A stretch of 63,880 bases of DNA, counting the filler, from Olpidium bornovanus S191 (taxonomy: Eukaryota > Fungi > Olpidiomycota), in the NCBI GenBank assembly GCA_017911155.1. It is 25 parts of 25 records of this genome, joined end to end, with 100 filler letters (N's around TTAATTAATTAA, not from the genome) between each part and the next. Parts side by side here need not be neighbours in the genome. Positions count along the whole stretch, not along the records: positions 23,872 to 26,009 come from JAEFCI010003593.1; positions 26,110 to 27,548 come from JAEFCI010001235.1; positions 27,649 to 30,921 come from JAEFCI010007464.1; positions 31,022 to 33,963 come from JAEFCI010012625.1; positions 34,064 to 38,085 come from JAEFCI010000640.1; 20 more parts are not named here. The stretch is one strand, 5' to 3'. Each line of letters opens with the position of its first letter. Positions within the stretch are counted from its first letter, which is position 1. Shown here in pieces: positions 23,772-35,802 of the stretch. Below the pieces are notes generated by a model that ran no database searches, was not told where the DNA came from, and saw nothing but the letters and a program-made list of their open reading frames with translations. Position numbers and translations under genes: made by a program.

Positions 23772-25074
23772 NNNNNNNNNNNNNNNNNNNNNNNNNNNNN
23801 NNNNNNNNNNNNNNNTTAATTAATTAANNNNNNNNNNNNNNNNNNNNNNNNNNNNNNNNNNNNNNNNNNNNCATCACCGTTCAAGACAACCCCGTCGAGA
23901 GGTCGCCGTTGCTCCATTTGCCCGATCAGATTTTAATCCCCTGTAAATGCATAAGGGAACATCGTGACGCCGGTTACTATAGCTTTTTCATGCCCTGTTC
24001 CTCGGGAAACCGTGCTTGGCCTGTCTCCTCTGAGCCGCTCGCGTGCGGAGGACCGGCGGACTCGGGGTCGCCGTTTTCCGAGAGGGGGGCGGCCCGTGTT
24101 CTACCGCGCGTGGCGCTGCCCGCGAGGGCGCCCGCCCCGCCCCGCCCGGAGCACACGCGACACGCGCGAGGGCGCACGCACGCCCGCAGAAACTTGGGCG
24201 ACACATCCGCCCGCACACCGAGAGCCGCGAAGCCCACGGAGACGCTGCCACTTTTCCCCCGGCTTCTGACCGAGTCAAAGGGCGGCAAAAGCGCCGACGC
24301 CGCCGGCGCTCTGCGCTTCGTTCCTCCGCCTGGGCTTTCTTCCGCCGGGGTCCGGGCGTGATTCTGCGGTTTCCGCCTTTGCCCGTCGCTCCCGGCACTC
24401 AGCTGCGGGCGCGCCGGCGGAGCGGTAGAGAGGGCGAGCGCGCGGCCGGGAAGTCCGCGGACTCGCGCCCTGGAATGCCGGCTGTGGGAGAGAGGTGACC
24501 GGCGAAACCCGCGGCCTTTTTCGGCCGCAACGAGGCTTTCCTCGCAAGCGCGCCGGCTGCGGCGACCGCAGAACGAGCGAGGGGTGGAATGGCAAGCTCT
24601 GAAAAGCCGGCGCGGCGAAGGCGATTTTCACCGACCCCCCCGGCTGCCATTTTTTTCTAAGAAAGCACAACGACCGCGACGGAAGGCTGCCGGCGAACGA
24701 AATTCGTCCAGGCCCGTAAAACTGAACGTTCTGAATCCGACACCGCAAACACGACCACCGTTTGCAAACAACTTGTGTGCGCGCTTTCGGGGACTGCCAA
24801 TGTTTTTGCGGGCTGCCGTTTTTTTTTGAAAGGGGAGGTCGGAGGATGTCAAAGTTTTTTTTCGTTTCCTTTTGATAGCAAGCGCTGCAAGCATTTTGGA
24901 AAACGAAGAAGCTGACCAATACGGGATAGTTTCTTTTCGAGTAAAGATCCAGGAACGGATTTTGCGGGGTTTTCCATAGTGAACCCGGCATGTGGGCGGC
25001 GGCCGTCGCAGCGCCGGCGCCTTCTTCGTCGCCCGTCGAGGAGCTGCTTCTGAGGCCCAAGATTTTATTATGCA

Positions 25075-25560
25075 TTGTATTTGCACTAAATTATTAAACA
25101 TTTAATTAATTATTCATTAATAAATCATTCTACTAATTACTAATAAAATAAAATATTACAATATTAATAGATCGTTTGTGTGATGGTTTAATAAGAGTCG
25201 AATGCATGAATTAAGGTGCAATTAAATTGAGCTGTATCCTATTGATGGATACCAATTACAGCATTAGTATTTTAATTAATAATTATAATTAAGATTAATA
25301 GTTGGCTAAAAGTATCTTGCTAGTGTAAAAGTATCCTACCTGTGTCTGCAGATATTAATGGATTGTAAATCGTTCCTATTAACATGTGCATCATTATAAA
25401 TTCAATTACATTTGTATCGTCCAGTAGGCAATATCATTGCAATACTTATACTAATTACATATATATGTGTCCTTACTATATGTCTATATAGAAATATGTA
25501 TTATACTATTAGATTTGGTGCTTCTACATATGTACCAATATGCAATATTATAAGATATAT
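25075..25560. other. AT-rich island (~25% GC)
   Basis: Manual count of about 118 G+C in 480 nt (25081-25560), with sharp edges against GC-rich flanks and stops in the frames I translated. Confidence 0.85.
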
Positions 25561-25683
25561 GTTGGGGTTGTTGGGGGTGTGTGGAACTTGGGTGGAATTC
25601 AGGCTCTCCGGGGCGGAGCCGGATAGTGTAGTGGACACTCTATTATTCCCTCATTCCCCCCTCAATGCATCGCCTTCTATCGA

Positions 25684-25810
25684 TGTACCGTTCGACCCCG
25701 ATGCCTCCCGTTCGATCTCAAGGCTTTCCGTTCGCTCTCGATGCTTCCGTTCGACCCCGAAACCTCTCGCTCGACCTCGAAGCCCTTTGCTCGATCCCGA
25801 TGCTCTTTGC
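25684..25810. repeat. Degenerate ~17-bp tandem repeats (CCGTTCGACCCCGATG-like)
   Basis: About 7 diverged copies with a TTCG/CTCG core are visible. Confidence 0.6.
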
Positions 25811-26699
25811 CCGCTTCTCCTTATTGCCTGGGCCCCCCCAATCGAGGGGGGGCCCCAGTACGTAAACCCCTGGTGCCCCCCCTCTTCGAATAAATTAGCT
25901 ACACATCGTGGAGCTCTGCTCCCTCAGAGATAGCGCCAGGGTTACCCCTGATACTTGTCAAGGAAGAGTTGTTTATTGGTAAGATCAGGTGGGGGCACAG
26001 TAAAAAAAANNNNNNNNNNNNNNNNNNNNNNNNNNNNNNNNNNNNNNNNNNNNTTAATTAATTAANNNNNNNNNNNNNNNNNNNNNNNNNNNNNNNNNNN
26101 NNNNNNNNNTAACAAAAAAAGATGACGAGTTCTTTGACGGTGTAAGAATGTTCAAGAATGATTTCCAACCCCTAAGTGAAACCTGATTTTGTCCATTTTG
26201 TCCAAAACTGTCACCCGACCACTGCACATGTGCGCGTCACCAATGTCGTGTTTGCGGCTCGTTCCACTGTGCATCCAATGATGGCGTAATTGACAGAGTT
26301 ACCGCCGAACATTTGGAGTCGCCCGTCCCTTTCTCTCGTTTCTCCCGCGTGGTGAAGGGCAAATTGATTTCGCGCCCCTCCATGATTTGAAAAAGTTGGA
26401 AGGTCTCACTCTGGTGACGAAACTAAACTCCCTTTTTACTTTCAGGTCTTTTGACTTGCGCAACGTTGTGTCTTTCCTTGCAATGTTCTTATCTCATTTG
26501 CCTCTTTGACGTTCGAGAGGCGGGGAATGTCGTGCGCGGGCGCGTTTTGATGATGGTTGTGTTGCGCTTCGTGGTTTTTTTGTGTTTGTCAATTGTCTGA
26601 TTTGCTCAATCAGGCTGTCGCTCGCACGCTCCTGTATTCATTTTATTGCCTTTGGGGCTCGCGGTTCGCGAACTCCGGGACGCCACGCCAATGCCCGCC

Positions 26700-27548
26700 A
26701 TGGCGAGCCGCCTGCCACTGCTCAACACTATTGCGAGCCCTGACCAGCTGAGGGAGCCTCCGTCTGGGGCAGACGGCGTTCCCGCCCGCCTCGAGTTCGA
26801 TATGCGTGACATCGGCTGCGAGCTCATCCAGACCGCCGGGATACTCCTAAAATTGTGCGTTGCGACGGTTCCCCATGCCCGTTGCTCTGCGCCGGCCGTT
26901 AAACCCTTTCGCCCACGCGCTCGTCAGAGCATTCCCGTGCTGCCACTACTACCTCGAAGGTTCCATTAACCTTTGGTTGTGCGGACAGGGTGCTTTTGCC
27001 GGCCACTGCTGTTATTATGTGAGGGTTCATACATCGCAAATGCTCAGCTGTTGACTCGCACCTCCGCTCCTTCCGCGCCGGGCGCAGGCCGCAAGTCACC
27101 ATGGCCACCGCGCAAGTCTTATTTCAAAAATTTTTCTATGTGGCGTCGGCGCGAAAGTTTGCTGTCCGCGTATGCACGCCTCCTGCACCTCGTCCTCCGT
27201 TCGCGGTCCGTGGCACCTTCTATCCGCTTACGGCGGCTCGTCCTTTCCAGGACATTGCAATGGGAGCACTGTTTCTTGCGTCAAAGCTCCAGGAGTCGCC
27301 GAGGAAGGTGCGGGACATAGTGAACACGTTCGACCAGGCAGTAAAAATAGCGAGGAAGCAGCCGACGGACCCGCTGCAGCTGTTTGGAACGGTCGGTTCG
27401 GAGCGCCAGTTTGACACTGCTTTGCGTCGTTGCGAAATACTTTCGTGGACGGTAGATTTTTGTGCCGGACCGACTTTCCCTGCAATCCCCACTTTTTAAA
27501 ATTTTCGAGTCCCGATGCAGGAGTACTACGCAATGCAGAGCGGCATGA
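26700..27548 (+). CDS. CCNL1: Cyclin L, N-terminal cyclin box, 3'-partial
   Basis: PSGADGVPARLEFDMRDIGCELIQTAGILLKL-PQVTMATAQVLFQKFFYVAS-DIAMGALFLASKLQESPRKVRDIVNTF is the cyclin-L pattern. Confidence 0.9.
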
Positions 27549-27790
27549 NNNNNNNNNNNNNNNNNNNNNNNNNNNNNNNNNNNNNNNNNNNNTTAATTAA
27601 TTAANNNNNNNNNNNNNNNNNNNNNNNNNNNNNNNNNNNNNNNNNNNNAAAAAAAAAAAAAGAAAAGAAAAGAAAAAAAAACCGACCGGCCAAACCCGTC
27701 CAACATCCCCCTCCTTCTTCCCCACCCGCCACCACCACCATCGACGAACGCAGCTCTTCCAGAACGCAAAAAAAAGGGCTTGCCACAAAA

Positions 27791-29975
27791 ATGCTGGCCG
27801 GTGGTGAAGTGCTGGCCACGGCGGCGCCGCAGACGGCTGACGTGATTCCGCAACCGTCGCTCCGAGCCCGCCTCGCGCGCGAAGAGCAGCCGCAACCTGC
27901 GCCTCAGCTGCCGCGGCAGGAGGATCGCTTTCCGCTACCCGGACGGATCCTGACGGCGCCTCCTCCGGTCGCGCCGGCTGCCGGCCCGCCGCGTTTCAGT
28001 TGCGACGTCCTAGAGCAGCAGCAGCACCCGTCGCGCCGACAGTGGCACGTCACGGCGAACCGCCCGAAGCCGGAGGAGCGGCGCCTAAAGAGGCAACGTG
28101 AGAGCGCCGAGATCGGAAGCCGCGTGCCCAGCAAGGTGGCACCCGCGAACAAGGCGAGAGTCGTGCCGAAGGAATTCCGGCCGGTATCAAGGGCCGGCGC
28201 GTCTGGACTGCGGTTCGACGAACGCGGCTTGCAAACGAACTCGCCCGCACCGCGTCCAATACGGGCGACGACTGCGGCATCGACCGCGACACCAAGGAAA
28301 TCCCCTAGCCAGCCTCCAAATATTGAGCCTTTCAGCGACTGCGATTCCGACCAAGACCTCCTCAGCGTGAAGCGCAAGCTTAGACGAGCCAGGCTGGAGG
28401 TCGGAAGATCGGTTGTATACAGTTTTGCCAGCTCAAATTCCTGTAGGGTCCAACTGACGATCGCCCTGCTGCGCGCCTTCGTGTGATTTAAAGTTGCGGG
28501 ATCTCAAAGCAAAGCTGAATTCCGTTGAGGCCAGGCGCCAACGCCAGGGACCCCCGGCAGGTGAGGTGGCCCCAGGGGCATGCAGTCCGATGAGATCCAC
28601 TGGGCAAGTCGAGACGCGTCGCGTCAACACCGCCACGCCGCCACGGCTCGAACAGTCCGCGGTCGAAGCGGATCATGGCCGTGCGAGGCGATCCGTTGCA
28701 ATTTGGACCTCGCCCCCGTTCGAACGCATTTCCCGGCCCGCGAGTCGTTCGGTCGGAACCATGACGTCACCGCAAAAAACCGAATTCTGGGCTTCCGGGC
28801 CTCGAAGTACAGTTTCAGTTGGGACCATGACGTCTCCTATGCAAGAGGAACTTCGGTTTGCGGCCCTCCCGCCTTCAACTATGTCGTCAACGACGTCGGC
28901 AGCTCCGCCACCTCCGCCACCTCCGCCACCTCCGCCGCCGCCACCACCGTTGCCCCCAGTGGTGACGTTTCCCAAGGCTAATATTAAGCTAAAAACCAGA
29001 GAAGTGAGTTATGATTTGCCACGGCGTTCCCCAAAAAGTGCTGCTTGTTTCCAAACAGTGAAGGGCTTAGCAAATCCATTTCCTTTCCTTCCAACATACT
29101 TGGACTTGCGCCGTTCCCGCAGAACTTTACTCCGAAAGCAGACACTTCCTTTTCTGCGTCGCTGCAGACACAGCAGTGGGACGCCGTCGTGCAGGAGATA
29201 CAGGTCAAACGGACACAACTCCGGAAGGTCGGTCCTAACCGGCTAAACGAGACCGAACCCAATGACGGGGAATACTTCCGTGAGTTTGCCCGGAAATGGT
29301 CTAGTTGGCCGGGGTCGGCCTGCCTCAAAATCTTAAACAAAATTGGAATTTTCTTGGCGCCGTGTCCCGTCCTTTGTCTGAACATCAGGCAAAGTCCTTG
29401 CTCGCAAGTTCCGTAATGTGCGATGCCCGTCGACGCCCACGAGGAGCCCTGCCCGGTTCGCGCACCGATCCACCAGACCGTTCGCACCTATGCCCCCGCT
29501 CTCGAAGCACCGTGTGTTTCAAGCCACGTGTTCCACCTCGTCGTCGTCGACAGCCCCTGCCGCCTCTAGCGTGCCTTCGCAACCCGGGCGACTTCCGGCG
29601 GCAACAGCCGCCCATCTGCAACCCGCTCTCCAAGAAAAACTGCCGCCGCGAGAACCGCCAACGATGAACCCTGCGGAGGCGGTCTTCCTTAAAATCCGTC
29701 GCGAGGCGGCCGCTTCGGCGTCCAGGAAACGCCCGCGCGCCGGCCGCCCCCGGAAACGCAAGGAGGTGGATCAGGAGGATGGCTGGGCCAGTTACGACTC
29801 CGCGTCCTCCGGAACGGACGCGGAGGACGCAAACGACGACGATAACTCGCGGGCCGACAGAGGACCCAAGAAGGCCAGATCGGAGAACCCGAAAGATACG
29901 TTCGAATGGCCTGTGGTCACCTGGGTAAAGGGGCGGGTGCAGCGGCTGCTCAGTATAAACGGGACCCAGCCGTGA
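27791..29975 (+). CDS. Proline-rich protein with WH2-like motif(s), multi-exon
   Basis: Long open exons. A P15 tract is followed by WDAVVQEIQVKRTQLRKV (29177-29230). Donors at 29004 and ~29281, acceptor at 29122. The start and last exon are uncertain. Confidence 0.55.
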
Positions 29976-31036
29976 CGGCGGAGGGGTTCGGGGTGGTTTG
30001 AGCGTCATCCGACGTCGCTCACGCGCAGTTTTGGGTCAGATGAGTTTCTTAATATCCAGAAGATAGCTGGATATTCCTATTGTTTCCTGTTATATAGGCC
30101 AGGCTGGTCAGGGCCTGTGGGTTGGGGCCTGTTATGACGCGTCGAGAATGCTACTCCCCCCTCCTAACGATTGGGTCATGACGGGAAGCTCAGGTGGACA
30201 CGTTGCACAGTACCGCCGTCCCAAGTGCTCCGCAAATCCTACCTTTGAAGGGCGCCATCCAAAAGTCACCGGTCCGGGCACGTGATTTGTCTTGGGGTAT
30301 CGCGAAGGGGCCCCCATTTGCCGCCCTCCGAAGATGTCCACATTAAGCGCGCGGAGCTTTCAACATGCCCGTCAGGGATTGGCGCCCAGTGGCCAAATGG
30401 AAGACCGAGAACGAGACCACACAGGCAAAATGAGGGAGGATGGCGAAGGCAAACCTGGCGCAACGTGGGGGAAAAAAAAAAATGAGCCGAAGCAGTGCCG
30501 GAGGAGATCCGTTCCCCGTGGGCGGGGAACGTGGCGGGGCCCCTTAAATAGCTGCGCCCCGTCGAAACCCCCGGTGGGGTCGCCGGCGTTTTCTTTGAAA
30601 CAAAAACATAAAACAAGGAAGAGCGACCGGCCTTCGGCTGCCTTGCGACCGCGACGCCTAGGAACGGCGCCGGCGCGCTCCTTGGGACGAGGCGGGAAAG
30701 GGAGTCGACGGAGGGTAGAGCGAAGAATAAGGGAGACGCGCCGACCCGTCCATCGAAGGGCCCATCGAAGGGACCAGCGGGGCACGTGCGCCAGAGGCGT
30801 CATGTGTGTGTTTACAGGAGGAAGAGAAACCCGCCCCGCGTACAGCCCGACGGCCGCACCTTCGCAGCAAGGGCCCCAGCCATCCCACCACCCTGCCGCC
30901 CCCTCGAGGGAGGGTTCATATNNNNNNNNNNNNNNNNNNNNNNNNNNNNNNNNNNNNNNNNNNNNTTAATTAATTAANNNNNNNNNNNNNNNNNNNNNNN
31001 NNNNNNNNNNNNNNNNNNNNNTAGGGGGGGGGCCGT

Positions 31037-31081
<45 letters not shown>

Positions 31082-31141
31082 GTGGTGTGGAAGGGCGGAG
31101 TGGAGGTGGTGGTGGTTGGGGGAAGCGGGCAGAACATAAGA

Positions 31142-31217
<76 letters not shown>

Positions 31218-31239
31218 TTTCCCCCCCCGGGGGGGGGGG

Positions 31240-31276
<37 letters not shown>

Positions 31277-31278
<2 letters not shown>

Positions 31279-31422
31279 AGACGCCGGCGACCGCAATAAA
31301 AAAGAAAAATGCTTGTTTCCCCCGGCGATGCCGGCTGCAGGAAAAAAAAAAAAAAAAAGAAGACGCCGGCGACCGCAATAAAAAAGAAAAATGCTTGTTT
31401 CCCCCGGCGATGCCGGCTGCAG
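31277..31422. repeat. Two identical 64-bp units, each bounded by poly-A
   Basis: GAAGACGCCGGCGACCGC...GATGCCGGCTGCAG at 31277-31340 and 31359-31422. Confidence 0.9.
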
Positions 31423-33361
31423 AAAAAAAAAAAAAAAAAAGGAAGGAAGATGTCAAATTTACCTGGAAGTGTCAAATTCCACCGCGGAAGTGTCAAGTGT
31501 TAAGCAGAAACAGATACAGATACAAGCCGTTAGAAAAGAGTTTCCTTCGACTCTCTCGCTCGGTGCAGCGCGTCGATTGATTCCGATTCTCCCTCGGAAA
31601 GCGCCAACGTTCTCGCTTGATTCGTTGACCACCCAAAAAGCGAAAGATAGTGCTGTCAGTTTTCAGAACACTCCCAGCCCTGGTCTTGCCACCGGCAAGA
31701 GAGACCGACGCGCAAAATTCTGAAACTCGGCAGGCTTATACCGATCTGACGGAGGGCTTTTAAACAAACCAAAGCTCTGCCAAATCCGACGGCTGGTGCC
31801 CGAGAATAGTGCACTCGAAACTGACCACCCGGAAAAGCGAATTTGTCGTTATTCACAGCGCCCCCAGCCATGATCGGCTCTGCGTCTGGATCTGCGTCAG
31901 GCTGAGCGTCTGAGTTCGGAACGTTGAACGCTTTTTTTCACGACAGCATAGTTCGGGCTCATAATTTGTGGGAGAACGAGATAAATCCACGTGCGCAAGA
32001 TGCGAGCGGAGAAGTTCTACTGAGTGTGGATTTCGGAACGAGAACTCCGTGGGGTGCCGTGTTTTTTCTATTTGGTCCTAGCCTTTTTGTAGTGCGGGAT
32101 TCTTTAGCAAATCTTCCGGGGTTTACAGAGGGGGGATTGCTTTTGCAGCGCTATGGACACGGGTTGGCCCTGAGCCCCTCTCCCCCCCCACACGCCCTTT
32201 CGCCCTTGTTGCCCACTCCCGAGTAAACAACGTGCGCGGGGGGGGGGTCCGAGGGGGAAGGGTCGATAACAGAGCCGGAAGGAGGACCAGGAGAACTTCT
32301 GAGAGAAGAAGAACGAAGGAAGATTAGTTGTATTCGGGGCATTGGGTTGGTATCTCTTCCAGGTTTATTAGGGCGGAGATCTGAGGACCCTACAAAGGGG
32401 CAACCAGGGGCTCTGGTGCGCGCATGCGCCCGCGGCTCAGCCTTCCCTTTTCCCCCGTTTGTTTCCAACAGAGGGAGGGGCTGGGGGCCCCCTTCAAACC
32501 CTCTTGCTTACAACACGGCCTGTCCAAGTAAGAAAAAGCAGCATAGAAATGAGGGTCATATTCACCGGCCGGAGACCGGTGAGCAATTCCCACACAAAAT
32601 TACTACGGCACCCTAGTTGTGCACAGTCAACTCGACCACCTAACTCCTAGACGCTAGGCTAGTTAATGTACTTTGAAACGGTCAGATACCCCCCCCCCCC
32701 GATCCCTGCACAGGAGATCCTGCAGTGGGCTAATTGCTTATTTTGCGAAAATTGTTCAGAGGAAGGAAGCTGGGGTTGGGGGAAGTGGGAAGGCGGGGGA
32801 GAAGCAGAGAAAAAGCTGGGGTAAGGGGGAAGTGGGCAGGCAGGGGAGAAGAAGAGGAACTCGACAATTCCGCACAGTCGAGCGCGGGTTTTGCTCCGCT
32901 CAACAATTAGTTTTTTTTTTCAAGTCTCGATGACGAAAAAACCAGTCGTTCTTGTCCCCGAGCGTCACGAAGAGTGTCCCGAAGGGCGCAATCAAAATCC
33001 CCGCTGGGCGGCTTTCCGGCGCGTTCTTCGGCTCTTGAGAGGGCCGCGCTCCCGACTGCGTTTCGCTGTTTAGCTGTTTCGCTTTTCCTGCATTCAAACG
33101 TGGGAATTGGCGGAAACCCTCTGGGGTCTTCGATCAATCCAGCTTTTTTTTTTGTTTTTGAACCGCGTGCTCGTCAGGGTAAGATATGCATAAAACCAGA
33201 AACAAAAAAATTGGGGGAAAGGGTGGGGGACAACAAACCCCGCCCAGCTTCAACCGCGAAGGGGAATTGAAGTTGGCGCGGCACGGGGGTGGGGGGAGGG
33301 CGGGGAGACCGGCCTCCGGGGAAACTGGCGCGGGTAAAAGACGAACGGAAAACGTTCTACC

Positions 33362-33846
33362 TCACCACACCCCAACCGCCCCATTCACCGCCACGCAGTG
33401 CGACGCTGAGACAGGTGTCGACGTCGCTGTAATTGCCACCGGCAAGTGTTCCCCCCCGGCGATTGCCACCGGCACGCGTTCCACCGTCGCAGTCTCGCTC
33501 GCCACGACGGCCGTTACTCCGAGTTTCGTCGTTGCCGTTTTTGTCAACGAGGTTAACGGCGAGGCTTCCGGCCCGCCCCTGACTCTCGACTGCGGAGCCC
33601 CGGCAATCCTTGGTGGAAGTTGCGCGTCGAACGCGCCTCAAATCAGACGGGGTTTTGCACGCGGGCAAAGAAAATGATTGGGGGAAAAAAACGCGGGTAC
33701 CCGCGTACCGGATGGCGTTCTCCAGGTCGTCCAGCAGGTCGTCCGCGTCCTCGATGCCGATGCAGAGTCGAATAAGGTCTTCCGGCAACTGCCGCTGCGC
33801 GCGGACGTGCGCGGGAATGCTGGCGTGCGACATGCGACACGGCATG
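33362..33846 (-). CDS. STR3: Cystathionine beta-lyase (trans-sulfuration PLP enzyme), C-terminal fragment
   Basis: Exon 33701-33846: SMPCRMSHASIPAHVRAQRQLPEDLIRLCIGIEDADDLLDDLENAI. The MPC.MSHASIP and IRLC.GIE motifs are typical of fungal Str3/metC. Confidence 0.82.
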
Positions 33847-34067
33847 CTATTCCCGGCGGGCGGCCACGCGCGGCCCGAACCCGGCGGCAAGCGTAAGACG
33901 CGGTGAACGGATTGCTGCCGCTAACTTCCGCAGCGGAAGCAGGCACGCCGCCGACTAGCAAAANNNNNNNNNNNNNNNNNNNNNNNNNNNNNNNNNNNNN
34001 NNNNNNNTTAATTAATTAANNNNNNNNNNNNNNNNNNNNNNNNNNNNNNNNNNNNNNNNNNNNACCC

Positions 34068-34069
34068 AA

Positions 34070-34164
<95 letters not shown>

Positions 34165-34240
34165 ACACACACACACGAGTTAGCGCTGCTCGGCGCGGCC
34201 CCCGGGGTGAGTCCGTGACACACACACACACACACACACA
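34068..34240. repeat. (CA)n microsatellite
   Basis: Long CA run at the contig start. Confidence 0.95.
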
Positions 34241-34482
34241 CCCTTCTTCCCCTCCTCCAGCTTTGTTGTGCTGCTCTCTCGTCGTTTGGAACGCGCCTCC
34301 TCTCGCGCGGGCGGGGAGGCGGGGGAGAGGGGAGCGGTGAGGCGGACGGGGGAGGGGCCGGAGCTGGTCTTCGCCGTCTCTTCGTTGCGACGTGGGCGGT
34401 ATGCGGAGGCTCCGGAGCGGGGGCCGCTTTTTCGTGTCTTGGCGCCCGGAAGTTCTGCCCGCCGCCCTCCCGCGTGCTAACC

Positions 34483-34547
<65 letters not shown>

Positions 34548-34786
34548 TTTCCAAACTGGCTCGCAGGCAACGCCCGACCGGAAAGTCTCCCGCCCGCCCC
34601 CCGGCTTGCGGTTCCAAGTCAGTTTGAGCCGCCCTCGCTTTCGCGTCGTCCGCTTGGGGCGCCCGGGAGGCCCCGCCTGGACACGCTCGGTCGCCGCCCG
34701 CTCTGCCGGGAGAGGCGGAAACCCGGTTCTCCCTAGCGCGGAACTGCTGCCTCGGGTCGCCCCCCCCCCCCCGGAACTCGCCGGAG

Positions 34787-35766
34787 ATGACCGCAACCGT
34801 CTTTTCGGCCTGCGGCGCCGCAGCCGCCGCAGCCGCCGCCGGACACGCGGCGTTCGCGGCGGCAGGCTCCGGCGACTCGCTCCCGGGGTCGCCTCTGCCG
34901 CCGGCTCTGCTGGTGAGGTCGCCGTCGGGGCCGTCTTCCCCCGTCCTTGCCGAGGCCCTCCTGTCCGACTCGCTGTTCCCGGAGAAGCCGAAAAAGTCCG
35001 AGGACGAGCAGGAGAGGGCCTCGAAGGACCCGCTGGCCGCGGAGGTGTGGCGGCTGTACACCAAAGCGAAGGACAACCTTCCGAACGGCACCCGCCTCGA
35101 GAACCTGACGTGGCGGATGATGGCCATGACGCTGGAGAAGAGGAAGAAGGGCAACGCCGCCGCGGCGAAACCGGGCGCGCGCGCCCCGGACTGGACGCGC
35201 GAGTGCTCGGGGTCCAAGCCGTCCGCCGCCCCCGTCGCCGCCGTCGCGGCCGACCGCGCGGCGGGAGTCAAACGCGAAACGCAGCCGGCTTGGTTCCTCC
35301 GTCCGGTCGCCTCGTGCGAGGAGCCTCCGTCGCCTTCCGCCGGGGCGTCGCCGCCGCGCGTCGCCACGGGTCCGCGGGCGGCGTTTTGTCCTGCCCCCCC
35401 GGTCGCGTCCTCGGCGGGCGCTCGGCGGGGGGCCGGCTCCGGTATTGCGGAAGCCGGCCGGGCCAAGGCCGAGAAGGCGACAGCCGAACGCGCGCGTCCG
35501 CCGTCCGGCCCGGTGACGGCGTGGCCGGACACGGAAGGCGGGACGGCCGCCGCCGTCAGTCGGAACGCGCCGGACGCCCGGCCGCCGCTGTTCGCGCTTC
35601 CCTTCGATGATTCGTACGCGGACCCCGAAGCCGCGGCTTTTGCGGACGCCCACGGTTACGGCTACCTGACGTACCAGGCGCACCAACAGCCGTCCGCGGC
35701 CCCGTTTCAGCACTACCTGCACCAGGCGAAGGCGGGGCATGCGCCGTCGGTCCAGACTCCCCTGAT

Positions 35767-35802
<36 letters not shown>

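Noticed and set aside
25075-25560. RIP-mutated repeat
   Set aside because: CpA dinucleotides remain common by manual inspection, and no ancestral ORF could be reconstructed.
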